Assembly (NCBI GenBank): GCA_904063045.1 | Contig: CAJFCJ010000017.1 | Location: forward strand, 1 to 64,000 | Direction: 5' to 3' | Length of the DNA stretch: 64,000 bases | Origin: Dimorphilus gyrociliatus | Taxonomy: Eukaryota > Animalia > Annelida | Shown here: piece by piece, positions 49,097 to 62,243 of the stretch | Layout of the letters: each line of letters starts with the position of its first letter | Position numbering within the stretch: the first letter of the stretch is position 1 | Translations under genes and position numbers: made by a program | The notes under the pieces: model-generated | Seen by the model: only the letters and a program-made list of their open reading frames with translations | What the model was told of the DNA's origin: nothing | Database searches by the model: none

Positions 49097-50115
49097 TATA
49101 CATATGTATACAGTTATAAATGGGCCTATGCTAAAATGTTCGTATTTTCTATCTTTATCAATAAGGAATAAAGAAAACAAATTAGTTCTAAGAAAATAGG
49201 CAAAAAGGAATATTTGCGCTCTCTCTATACATATAGGCTTAAACACAGATATAAAAATATGTTGATACATATCAATATCGTAACAACATAAAGTCAAGTT
49301 TAATCGGCAAGTAATTAATACCAAAGAGTTTTCTTTGTCAATACTTTAAACTAACAATTTTGCTAATGAACCGAAAAAATTCGTCCGATTTTACCTACTA
49401 TAATACAGTATAGTATTCAATAATAAAATATACTTGTACGTATATTTTTGTCTACCTATGCATTATTCAGAATTCTTATGATTTCTTTTCTTCTCAGCCG
49501 ATTCATTTATCAATTCAATTGTTGATTTATTTCATCTACACTGTCTTTCTTCTTATATATTTTCATTTATGCTTTTTAACAAGCCGCCTTGAGGTTTTCA
49601 TTTTCTTAGTCGACTTATAACGGGTGTTTGTCATATTGTATTTAAAGAGATTAGAAATAGAAACAAAGGTAGATAGAAGAGTAAAGAATAAGATCAATAA
49701 ACAGTTTTTATTCTGTATACAGAATGATATTCTACGGATAGAATAACGATTCCAGATTGATAATTTCCGTATACAATTTCAACTTTCTTTGTTTCTTTTC
49801 GTGTAATGTTGAAGACAAACTTTTTTTCAAACATCCCCTTCCGAGAAGAGTAGTAATTGTTAATTCAAAGCTTTTAATAATAGCCAATCGTTCATTCAAC
49901 ACAATAATAAGGAAAAGTTTGCATAAAGTAGTAGTAGTAGTAGTAGTAGTAAGTAGTAATTCAAGTGATATTTTTGTTTTATCCGCCGTATTCAATTCCG
50001 TCTTAAGTCTGATGGATTCGTTTGTTGGGTGAAAAAGTGGCAATAACAAAGTGGATAAGCTCATTATATATATATATATATATATGTATATATTTATATA
50101 TTCTTTATATAAACA

Positions 50116-53100
50116 TCAACAGTTTGTCAACGTAGAAATATCTTCATCAGGTATTGGTAAATTTTCACTCTTGTATAGTTGAAACACCGACGCTTTATCG
50201 TATTCAATCGTTAATAGTTTATTGGACGTTAAACACTCGCCGACAATCAAATCCACTGAGTAATACAAGCATCCTTGATTTATGCAAAAGTTTGTACAAT
50301 TTTCAATTAAGCCTATCGTTGAATTAGAGGCAAACAAATGGAATGACGTGACGTTCGTTAGTAATAATTTCATATTTTTCGCTTTAAGTATAAAATATTC
50401 TGTTCAAGTGAGAGAATAGGAGAGTTAAATGTATAAATCTAGTAAGAAGAGAACAAACAGAAATGAACCTGATCTTGGAGCTACAAAACCAGGGAGTTTT
50501 GATCCAAGAAATCCAAAGCAAATGTTTATATTTGGTGATGATTGAAAATGTATAGAAAATCCTTTTATTAGTTTAAACTCTTTGCAGGGAAATTCAATTA
50601 GAGAGCCATTTCTTAACGGACCAACTTTATTCGGGTCATAGTTGGTGCAGGGGGCTTCATTTCCACCTATGGAAGAGTTTGAAATGTTTATTTCGAATGG
50701 TATTTGGAATTCTCCATGGAATTGCATAGATATTCCGTAAGAGAAGAACGATAGATCGTCTTCTGTTATATCGATAAATAATTGAGTATCGATAACTTGT
50801 AAACAACCATTCAGCGTATTTTTAGAGATATTCGAACTATCTCTAAACTTTTTAGCAGGTAGCGAATAAGAATTATCTGCAAAAGAAGGGACAATGAGAC
50901 AAGAGAACCGAATAAATTAAATGGATGAATAAAAGAATGAGCATTTTAACAAACTATAGTAGTCTTTCGTTAAGTTAGTGACAGTTGCGTTTGATCCAAA
51001 AATTAATACTTCGCACAGAACGAAACTCTCTCTATTCATATTTGTAATAATAAGATAATTGTTATGATGAACTTTTTGTAGGCAGTCTATTTCGTATGTA
51101 ACGCAACTTTGAAAGCCTATCTTTAAATAGCCGCAGATAGTTTTCTTTTCATATGGCCAATCGGCATCGTTAGGTAAAGTTCTTGTTAACGATATTTCGT
51201 ATTCGTACGATGCACCTATGAAACGCAAAATACAAGTTAAAAGAGTAAGATTCCCACTCTTTCATCTTCTCATCTACTTGAATAGGCTTTGGTTTACCTG
51301 ATAAACTTTTTGAATCTCCAGGAACGAGTACTATCGATTGGATTGTTGACCAGTCCACTCTAACTGCCAGCCAAGGATGATTCGTACCGGAAATGTAGCT
51401 ACACGAATGGCTCTGAGTTGTTGGAGGATTTTCGTAAATATTAACTGAATTTCCATCAAACGCTTTGGCGGGAGATCCTCGCCCTACCATCGCCTCGGGA
51501 GTCGACGAATAAGAGGCGATAGTTAAAAGTTGATGTAGATGCGTAGAATAAACTTGATTGATAAGAAGAGACGAAGAAGAAGAAGAAGAAGAATAAAAGA
51601 GAATTATGAATAAAAATAGTAAAAAGAGAAAGAAGTAAAAGTCATTTGAAACCTTCATTTATTAATTGTCCATAAACTTCCATTTCAGCTATTTGTAATT
51701 GTTTGTTGTAGACGGGTTGTATCAGAGTGAAATAACGTCCAGTAACGTTAGGTTGGCATGCAAGGAATTTTGCTTCTCCCTTTTCGAATCCTTGAGGATT
51801 TTCGTAAATATGACACAAGACATATGGAAAATATAGGGCTTCGCTTGCGTTCATATTTCTGGGAGGCGGTGTATCTCCAACAAACAGAATGTTCTTCTGA
51901 TGGAAATCTTTTGAATAAATGTCTTAAAGAAGGAAAAATTTTCTATAAATAGATTGTTTGTCCCATTATATAATGTTAGTAAAAATTCAATTACTATCGA
52001 ATCTGGTTATAATGATAGCTCCATAGATTAAATACCTATTCACTAGATCTATAGTAAGGTAAGGAAATCTTTTGCCCCATGTACTCGGTATTGCTAAAGT
52101 AGTTCTTTCGTTAAGATAGGAACCGTCGACCATATAGCTAGAATGGCCGTAGATTCCGCTTGTCGTAGATAATGCCGGTCCATAGGAGAAGGTGGGCTTA
52201 AATTTTGCCAAATTTTCTAAATCTACAAAATGAATAGATTACGATTCGTAGAGACGGTTTTTGTAAAAATTAAATAATTAGAATTACCTCTCTTCCTTAC
52301 AAACTCGCCAAATATTTTCATTTCGCAAACGCTTACGGTTTGTACATGATTATAGACAATTACATATTGTGTAGCATCCTTAATAGAATCGCATTTAACC
52401 CTATTCCAACTTCCGAGTACAACGTTAACTACCTGACACAGTGTTGTATTATCGAACTTCCATTCTCCTATAGGACTAGTTTTGATAAATCCAATGTCTA
52501 AGAATATACGATAAAAAATTTATATAGAATTATTATCGACTTGACTGATGATATAAAACTAGAAAGAAGAAAAAAGTTAACTTAGGGTCGTTGAAGTTGA
52601 GTACAAATCTATAGTATAGACTTGGTAATAGGCTAACAATCCTACGATTATCCAGGACATATTTTTTGTAGGATGTATATCGGAAATAAGACACGATGCT
52701 ATGTTATTGTCAATAGCCGATGGCGTTGGAGAGTCAACATTTGACGAGTAGATTGGCGCCGAATAAGCCAAATTATCTGAATGAAATTCAAAAAAAAAGA
52801 GATTTCAATAGGGAAAAGAAGACAAGCTAAAATATTGATAATTGAAACCTGTGTAAACTTCAATTTCGCAGATTATAGTCTCAGAAAGTGTTGTTTGTAG
52901 GTTAATAATCTCAATCAATTTAGCTAATCTATTAATCTGTTGCGAACACGTAACGTATTCGATAGCGGTCGTTAGATTTTTCGTATCGTATGTAGTGTCT
53001 TTGCACAGTAGTTTAGAGGAATCGTTAAAAGTTCTTAACAAATTTATTCTATAGGAGACATTTCCGTCTTGAAGAGAATTCAATATAGCAATTGAATGAA

Positions 53101-53487
53101 TTGGCATTTCAAAGTCGAGATCAATTACAATTTGAAAGTTTAATCCGTTAAATTTTGAACAGGATCCGGACTCTGAGAAAAGAGATAAACTCCCATCAGT
53201 TAAGTGATTTTCATTGAAATATTTATCATTTATCGAAGAATTCGATGTGACTTTCTTATAAAGAGCAACATTTAATAAACTTCTCGACGTTGTTATAGAA
53301 CAAATTGTCGAATTAGCCAAGTCATCGTTGCAAAACGTTGTGTCATCAGACGAAACGCTCTTTATCCAATTCGCAACTAGGACAATCAAATAGTATAAAT
53401 ATCATACATTCGAATAGAAAGAAGATAGAGTCAATAACTACCAATAAAGAGGAATAAAGTTGAAAACACTTGAAAACTCTTCAGCAT
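50116..53487 (-). CDS. Secreted multi-domain F-type-lectin-like (FTP/F5-8C fold, 5 domains) + C-terminal PAN/Apple protein, paralog C
   Basis: ATG at 53487 (MLKSFQVFSTLFLFI|VANW). Five repeats, the first four starting with NVA/NLA-type segments and containing xDG/xDN and CE(I/M/V)x(V/I)(Y/F)G motifs, the fifth more degenerate. PAN-like NCTNFCINQGCLYYSVD...GECL. Stop at 50116. Confidence 0.87.
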
Positions 53488-53604
53488 TTCTTGTTGAATT
53501 TCCTTTAATAGAGAGTTTTGTTTCAAAGTAAAGAAAAAGGTTAAACTCTATTATTCCCTATCGGTAGATCTAAGCAGACGAACAAACAGTACTATGCCAA
53601 ATTT

Positions 53605-53645
<41 letters not shown>

Positions 53646-53863
53646 TATACTTGTATGTATATACTATAGAGTTTGATTTGTTCGTTAACGGTTGGTACTA
53701 GAAATGAGAATGCGAGCAACTACTAATACTGTTGAATAATTTATCTGTAGGAGTGGAAAAAAATTTATAGAGTTTATAATCATCGATCTGATTGGCGTTT
53801 TATTGTCGTTAAATAGACATCAACTTTTACTTTAACACTGTTTAATCGTTCATATTCATTGGT

Positions 53864-56230
53864 TCAACTTTTGTTAACACATTTTAAATGATATTTAAAA
53901 GAGCGTATAGAATATAATTTGAAAGAGCTGCAGACTTTGCTATAGAAAGTTTCACTCGAAGATGACATTCTACATACTTTAGTTAGAGTATTAACAGAGA
54001 AATAAAGGCACGAATCGTTATTATAGCAGGCTCGAGAGCATTGTTTGATAAGAGTCAACGTAGATCCTTCAAGTTTAATATCATTTCCATGACTAAGATA
54101 TTGTTTCTGATGCAGCATTTTAGTATGAGCTAAGTAATTTTAAATAAGTGAATTTATTAATTATATATACTATTCTTCTTAATAGAATCTTTTACCATTT
54201 TGTCCTTGAAATGTAACTTGACAAGAGTCAATAGTAACATTTCTCTTCAATTTCACAATTACCGTATTTGCGAAAGTAAGCTTGCGGCAAAAGAATCTAT
54301 GTTTCTCTCCACCTTTAATCGTTCCTTGCTTATCAATGTCGTGTGCTGAGCATAACTTTAGCTTATTCTCTTTGAGGTGATTATCGTTCAAAGCAGTATA
54401 TACTTCGAAATTCTCTTGAATATCTTCATTAGCACTAAACGCAATACTCAAAATGTAGAATAAGTCAAAATATTGTTTTGATATTCTAAAAACGAAAGTA
54501 TCGGCTGTTAAGTTAGTACACGAACTTTTAAACCCTATAGGTATATCTTTTATCGGTTGTAAAGTTGAACCAGTCAGCACACCTGAAAGAGCAAAGACAA
54601 TTTGTCTATAAAATACTAATGAAAAGAAATACACTAGACAATATATATATATAAGATACGCTTACCTATTTGATGATACGAATTAAAAGTGCTATCGGAG
54701 GTTGCTACAACGATAATTTCGCACAGAACAATATCTACATGATTCAAGTTGTAAATTGTCATTCTGTAAGATGGTATGTGCCTTTGACAGTTTATCTCGT
54801 AAAACATTGATTCTGTTATAGTTAAGTTGCCAATACTACAAACTGATATAGTCGTGGATGATGTTCCCAAATGTTCGGGGTAGTAGACGATGGTCGAAAC
54901 AAGACGATACTCGTAGATTAGTGGCTCTAAAATGATAGAATAAAAGTAATAGAACAAAAAAATGGCTTGTTTGTTTGTACCTTTATTGTCTTTATTCGAC
55001 CCAGGAACGAGAACAACTTTCGAAATATTTCTATAAGCGACGTACATTGATATATATGAACCGATACTCGGATTAACTTCAGCAATAAGACAACACGAAG
55101 GCCTAGTAACGTTTTGGTAGTTTGTTACTAGGCTACCATCCGATAGAGTTTTTGACCTGCCCGTAGAAAGTAAATTTGAAGTTTTCGCTGATATAAGAAA
55201 GGATGCGATGTGAGGGTGTGTGTGATAGAGACTGTGATCTATAAAGAATAAAGAGAAAACTGAATAGAACATTGAAATCAGTATTAAATATTAATAACAA
55301 TATGAATTGGATTTTGTTCCGTATACTTCTACTTCGGCTAATTGTAAATATTTTCCATATTCCATTTGCATAATAAGGAAATATCTTCCTTTGTAAACTT
55401 TATCGCATTTGAAATATTTCGATTCTCCGCCAATAAAACCAGTTTCCTTTTCGTAATGGAAGCATAAGGCGTTTTCGTCGCTGACTAGAACATCTTCAGT
55501 ACTTATTGTTGTATTCGGAAACGTTTTTCTACTGAAAAGCGTTAAGTTTGTATTGAACTTGGCGGAGGCAGAATCTTTTGTTCAATTCATAATTGGTATT
55601 CTTAGAAAATATATAAGAAACTGTATGATTGTTTAATTGATTCTATACTCACTATCCATGTTTGCAATGATTAATGCAGCTTGTATAGCATATAACTTTG
55701 TCAAGTAAACCCCCCAATATGGATTTTTAACCGTATTAGGTATAGCCAGATATGATAGACCCGTTTTATAATTTAGGTCGTTGGCCAAACTGGCAGCGGA
55801 AACATGAGTGGAGAGTTCAACAGCTCCTTCGTATTGCCAAGCTGGTCTCTCTTGCGCTAAATTCGGAAAAGCTGTTTGTTTTGTTTGTCAAAAAAAAAAA
55901 CAAAAAAGCCTCAATTAAATATCCTATACATCAATGAGAAAGTAAAATGAATAATGTTTGCTAATTACAATAATCTTTCAAGTAAACTCCTAAGATATTC
56001 AATTCGCAGATTTTCAAAGTATTTGCAGATCTAAAAGTAACATAATTAACTTCAATTTGTTTCCATTCATTGCAAATACTTCTGTGCCAAACGTTGTTTA
56101 TTGGCATAATAGCTTTAGCACAAAAGTTTGGTAAACTTTTATCCCAATAGTCTACCGGATGTCCTGTACCAGTTATAATGTCTAAAATAATAATTTTTCG
56201 TTGTATCAGCAATAAAAGAGACTTATTTAG

Positions 56231-56269
<39 letters not shown>

Positions 56270-57163
56270 AAACCTATAGTATTGGACGAGTAGAGTCCGT
56301 CAACCGAGTGGACGTTGTAAATGTGTCCAATAGTTAAGCTTATCCATGCGTAGCCGTTGTAGGGTAGTGAACTAGTACAAGTAAAAATTAATCCGTCATT
56401 TATGTTTGTTGGCTCATTTTCGGTTTGTCTCGAATAGACTGAAGCGTTATACGCTAGATTATCTGTTTATTAAAAGAGGAATTATGTAATAGTGAAAAGC
56501 AGAGCTAGCAATCTCTAGAACATTAATAACATTAGATTACCTATGAAAACTTGAATTACACAAATAGTTGTTTTAACTTGGGAAATCTTAGACTGAATTT
56601 CAACATATCTAGTGAGTCTATCAACTTTTTGATCACACTGCACCGATAATTTCCATTTTCTCAAATTGATAGAAGGATATCCAACCTCGCCGCATAATAT
56701 ATAATCAGCGTTTAATTTGACAAGAGATACTTGAAATTTTATCGACTTATATGACGTATATTTGTTGGATAACATTATTCTCACAGTATTAACATAGTAT
56801 TCACTATAGAGGTCAATTTTTATCCAGTAATTCGCTTTTAAAAAATGGGCACAACTACGAGAATTCCACATAAAAGACAATGAACGGTCAACTAAAAACA
56901 ATCCACTATATGTTGTAGTTTCCAATGAGATGTTAGTCTCAACTCCTTTAAACATGGCGATATCTTTCCAGTTGGTACCAATTTTATCAGCTATGCAGGG
57001 TGATTTTAAAGGACTGTCATTTGAGCAGAATGAAGTTATTGATAGATGATATTTCAAATTGAGAATAAAGTAAACTGAAATAGTTTAACAGAAAATATAA
57101 ACATTGAAATATACTATAAAGTTGAATTAAACCGTGTAGACATTTCTTGAATTGTAATGTCAT
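53864..57163 (-). CDS. Secreted multi-domain F-type-lectin-like (5 domains) + PAN/Apple protein, paralog B
   Basis: Probable ATG at 57163. The exon series parallels paralog C (DNLAYNASVYS...NDG..TC; PNLAQERPAWQ...LAEVEVYG; LSDG...SCC...LCEIIVVA). PAN QCSRACYNNDSCLYFSVN...VC. Stop at 53864. The start and one weak donor (about 55295) are less certain. Confidence 0.83.
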
Positions 57164-57441
57164 TCTATATACATTTAAATAGAGGAGATGATAGAAATCA
57201 GTCTAAAGGTGAGAAGTTAGCCATTTTCTGCTACTTGACAACACGGTAGCACACAAAAAATAGTTGTGTAGTTCAAAACAATTACATATTGAAACAAAAT
57301 GAACATACGAAAGGATCTTTAAATACTTTATGAATGATAGTATTTATTTTTTATAGTTAAATAATTCAAATATAAATGTCAAGTGTTTCTGTTTACACAA
57401 ATAAATTATAATAGAATAGTTATAAGACAAAAAGAAATTCA

Positions 57442-60400
57442 TTAACAATTAGCTTTTAAACTATGAATTAAGTTCTCGTACATAACACGAAATATAGACG
57501 CCGAATTATCTAACGATTCAGCCAATATTTTACTTTTTATACAAATGTAAGAAGAGTGTTGTACTAGACTGTGAACTGAGAAATATGAACATCTTTCTTC
57601 GTCTCTCAAGCATTCTATACCGCAAGTCCTTACTGATTCAATTAAACTTTTATCATGAATGGTAATGCTTCCCGATTTTAGCCTCATATTTCTACTGTGA
57701 ACGGCTATATAATCTGTAGAACAAATGAGAGGAGTAAAAGAGAGAGAGAGAGAGAGAGAGAGACGTTAGATTGAACAACTTACTAGACAAGCCGTAAACC
57801 TTAAAATCGCATATTTTCATTCCAGTTTTTGAATTTGACTTTAACAAAAGAAAATTTCCACAATTCATTTCACATCTATAAAACATATGTCTTCCATTTT
57901 CAATAAAGTTAATGTATGATGAATTATGTTGATTGCATATTTGATCATTTGTTGAATTATGAAGATTGTCAAGAGATTTTCGAACAACAACAGAAAAAGA
58001 ATCTTTAAATGAATCGTTCATTTGAAAGTGAACTTTTAAGAATTGCGCAGGAAAGTTTGCTTTAAAGACAAACGTTTTTCTAATATTTACGCTCACTGAA
58101 CATTTGTCAGGAGAGTCTAGTAGACGATTTTTAACATGTTTAAATATTTTCTCTTCTCCTCTAATTCTTCCTGTGTGTTATATAGTTGAACGATTGATTG
58201 AATAAAATAGTATATACTAACAAATCTATATAGTTATACTCTTACTTGTATAGGAACTGTATCCATTGTCTATGCCAATATAGAAATATACCTCGCATAG
58301 AGTTAATCGAGTTGAATTCAAATTTCTGATTGTATGATAATATCCGCCCATATTATTGCTACACGGAAGATTCAACACTTTATAATTGCTGGCTGCTCCT
58401 TTATAAATGGCGCAAAGATGTTGTTCATCTTCCTCTGTCCAGTCTAAACCCAATTTGGAGAATTTCTTATATGAACTCGTCACTTCAAAGTACGATAGTA
58501 AATCTGTTGCGTGAGGATGAGGAGAAAGAAGAATAAGAAGAAGAAGAAGAGAATCGTAAGAATGAAAAAGAGCCGTTAATTAATAATTCTGTATAGGGAA
58601 GGGCGAGTGTTCTTACCATCTGTATTTTGACTTTCCGCTTGAACGATTGTTATCGATTTTAAGCTGATGCTCTTCTCAGTGGTAATCATCCACCATGGAT
58701 ATTTGGAATTTGTTCCCAATAGAGACCTACTACACGAATGAGATTTCCCTTCAAGCTCGTAGAATACATTTCTGGAAGCGTCCCCATCGACGGCTTTTGC
58801 CGGTCCGCTAGCTTGTTTCGAATTGAAGAAGGACGACTGAACGGTAGTTAATTCATTTATCCTTTGATATAAATCATTATCTATTAAAAAAATATAAAGG
58901 GATTGAGAAGAAAACGATTAGAAGAGGAGAATATTCAAATTAGTAAGTTTAAATAAAAACCATCAATTAGCGAGCCGAAAACTTCAATTTCTGCCAATTC
59001 AAATATAGTGTTATGGTTTAATATTTCAACAATAACGTACATTCCTTTAGTATTGAACGAACAGGGAAAGTATCTTGTTTCTCCGTATAATAACAGATTC
59101 GTCGGTTTTAGAGTTTGGCATGTCTGATAATCTGTTGAATTAGAATCTAATCGAATTGTATCCAAATTAGTCATATTTGTAACTTTTAACGCCAAATTAT
59201 TGATAAAATACTGAAACGATCCGGCCTTGTTGACTAAAACTATAGCGTCTATTTGAAAGATTTGAAGAAGGGAGACGGCCCAATAGAAATATGTACAGGT
59301 AGGTTGTTTAATAAGTGAAAAATAAGTAGAATAGAAACCGTCTACGGCGAAAGATGGAGATTTTGTTTGATTAGTTGTTTGATCACTACAAGAGAAGTAT
59401 GTTGGTTTCTTAATGGCTAAATTTGGAGATTTGGATATGGAATACAAATTTCCAACAACTGCCAATTCGCAAAGTTTAAAATAAGTAACTGATATGACTG
59501 TAACAAACTGAGAGTTGCTTAATTGCGAACAAATTCCAAAGTGTTTCATTAAATTCCCATAGAAACATGTACTCTTGTCAGTTTCTTGTATAACACTACC
59601 GGGGTGACTGTTTGACGAATATACATCTGAAATTGGTCATAAACGGATACAATATTCAATAGAAATTCTATATTAATAAACAAAGATTTAAACCTATTTC
59701 TCGAGTTTGTTTTAGCTGTATTCCGACCGCAAACACTTTATAAATTGCTCCAAGATTTACAGATGCCCAATATTTTCCATTCGAACCCTTGAATATTATT
59801 ATACAACTATTCAATAGGCCATCGGTTATTGGCTCAGGATCGGATTGTAATTGGCCAGAGTAAACTGGAGCTTTTGCTGCTAGGTTAACTGCAGATAGCG
59901 AAGGAAGGTAATAATTCGTATCTGTTTTAATTGTTATACCGTTGAAATCTACCTGAAAAAGCTTGAACGTCGCACAATCTAATTGAAGACAATGCCAAAT
60001 TAGAAATTTTCAAGTAATTTCCCCTTACGTTGTTTTTACAAGGAACAACTGCAAGTGGTTTAGAGAGTTTAAACAGCAATAAAGAGGCGCATTCTTCTTC
60101 TACCGCAAATAGTTGAGCAGAGATACGGAGAGATATTGTAGTCTTGTTAAAATTGTCTCCAAAGAGCAGATTGATTGTATGAAGATAATAAATCAGATCT
60201 AATTGAATGACGATTGAACCTCTTAAATTCGTACAACTTCCGGACGAAGGATGAATAAAAAATGTTCCATCAGTTATATGAGAAAAGTGGAACTTGTACG
60301 AAACTGATTCGGTAAAGTTGACAATAGTCGAATCCCTTAATATGTTGTATTGAGATTGTGAAAAATTTGATGCCAAGGAAAAATATTCGGCGGATGTTAC

Positions 60401-60513
60401 GAAAGAAAAATGAAGATAAACAGTAAAGAGTATAACTCCGGCTAGATAAAATATCAATTAAAGAATATAAAGGAAAATAAGAGTAATATACCTGAAAAAT
60501 TTGACAGCTTCAT
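57442..60513 (-). CDS. Secreted multi-domain F-type-lectin-like (5 domains) + PAN/Apple protein, paralog A
   Basis: ATG at 60513 (MKLSNFS|AGVILFTVYLHFSFVTSA). Domains include VNLAAKAPVYS..ITDG, PNLAIKKPTY..FAVDG..YWAVSL..LAEIEVFG and GPAKAVDG..SHSC..PWW..LCEVY. PAN TCGIECLRDEERCSYFSV...IC. Stop at 57442. Confidence 0.87.
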
Positions 60514-60931
60514 ATCATGATTTTGATACAAGGAATACAAGAAGAAAACCTACGCTAAATGAATAATGTTTAATTATTTATGACCTATAAAGGAAGAATA
60601 GATAAAAGGACATTCTATATATTTTACATATGTATATATAAATATATATATATTTATATATATACAGTAGATATAAGGTTTTTGTTTATTTTCTAGTAAA
60701 ATATTACAATTTCAGACAAAACATCACATTCAAAAGTTGACTTTTTTTATAATTTATTATATTTATACTTTTTGCATAGAAGAATAGAAAGAAAATGGAA
60801 AGATTATTGATAAAGTATATACTTTTCTTTCTATTATTTAGTGAAATGTAAAGAAAAGTATATATGTGCAACTTTACCATTTCCCCCATTCAAAAATATC
60901 ACTCGAAAATCACTATCATTCACTTTTCTTT

Positions 60932-60947
60932 TAGCGCCATCTAGCGG
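60932..60947 (-). promoter_or_regulatory. CTCF-consensus-like motif
   Basis: The plus strand TAGCGCCATCTAGCGG reads CCGCTAGATGGCGCTA on the minus strand, a close fit to the CTCF core CC(A/G)C(C/T)AG(A/G)(G/T)GGCGCTA. It is a GC-rich island just upstream of the probable first (UTR) exon of F-lectin paralog A. Confidence 0.6.
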
Positions 60948-61647
60948 GTATTCGTAGACTGTATAGAAGTTGGAGTTGGTATGGATGGAAGGTATATATA
61001 TGCTGTATATATAGAGAATATTGTTATATAGACTATTGTAAAACGTTATATGAAGAAGCTGTATTAAAACTGACTCTTGTGTAATAGCTGTTAATTTTAT
61101 AAGACAAAAACTTTGGTTAATTTACTACATATTGACATTATGAATAAAACAGTAAGAAAAATCGGACGATTTTCGTTCTACAGTTGATAAGTTTCTGTCT
61201 ATATTTTACCTTTTAATTTCTATTCTATATATTCTATCAATTGATTATTTATCTAGAAGGGAAAAGGAAAACAACAACAAGTTTTAATTGTTTTTAATAA
61301 ACCAACAGCGTTTACTTTGTTCCAATTAAACAACTAATTATTTTCCAAAAGAAATCATTGAAAAACTATAATACAAAAAGGAAAGAATACTTGTTTAATA
61401 GACGCCTACGCTGAAAGTCATATTGCTCAAAGAAAGATAGATAGATAGATAGATTAGAGGGTAGAAAGAGAGAGAAGTATAAAATGGGAGAGAAAAGGAA
61501 ATAAAGAGATAGATAGATAGATAAAAATATGATTTGTCTATATTTTTATATTTCGAAAACTATCGACAAAGTTTATATAATCTGCTTGTCTGTTTACCTG
61601 CCTGTCTCTTTTAATTTATTTCTCTTTTTCTATCCTACTATCCCCCT

Positions 61648-61679
<32 letters not shown>

Positions 61680-62243
61680 GCTATCTTCTATATACTCTCT
61701 TCCTCTTCCTAATAATCATTTTTTTAAGATATGCTATTAAAAATTTCCCATTAATTGAAAACAAACAAAACATTATTTCCTACATTTTCTACATAACAAC
61801 GTAAACAATCAGGTTATTTACTAACCAATTAATATTTCTTTATTTTATTATTAAATTTCTGACTTGTTGAAAGAAAAACAATAGATAAACTGTTGTTCTA
61901 ATTCTATGACAATCATTTCTAAAGTCATTTTATATGTTTATTTTTCCATTCTAATATCCATCAAACGAGAGAGAGAGAGAGGGTGGGAGGGAAAGGGAGA
62001 GGGAGAGAGAGAGGGAGAGAAAGAAAAACTATAGATTACAACTGTAAGCAATTTTATAAATGAACTTCTTAAAAAGAATTAAACTAATATTTTAACTTTG
62101 TTAAATAAACTCTGTTGAAAGGAAAGCCATTAAATAGATCAATTTATTATGGAAACGTATTTAAGAGAAAGGGAATACGAAAAGTAGCCAACTTCTTGCT
62201 TAGAAGAGGAGGAGAACTAAAAACGAACAAGAAGGAATATAGA

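Noticed and set aside
864-57763. Apparent bias of intronic (TC)n toward the sense strand (polypyrimidine-tract role)
   Set aside because: Several counter-examples with sense-strand (GA)n (about 15580, 22075, 29820, 48225); the sample is too small.
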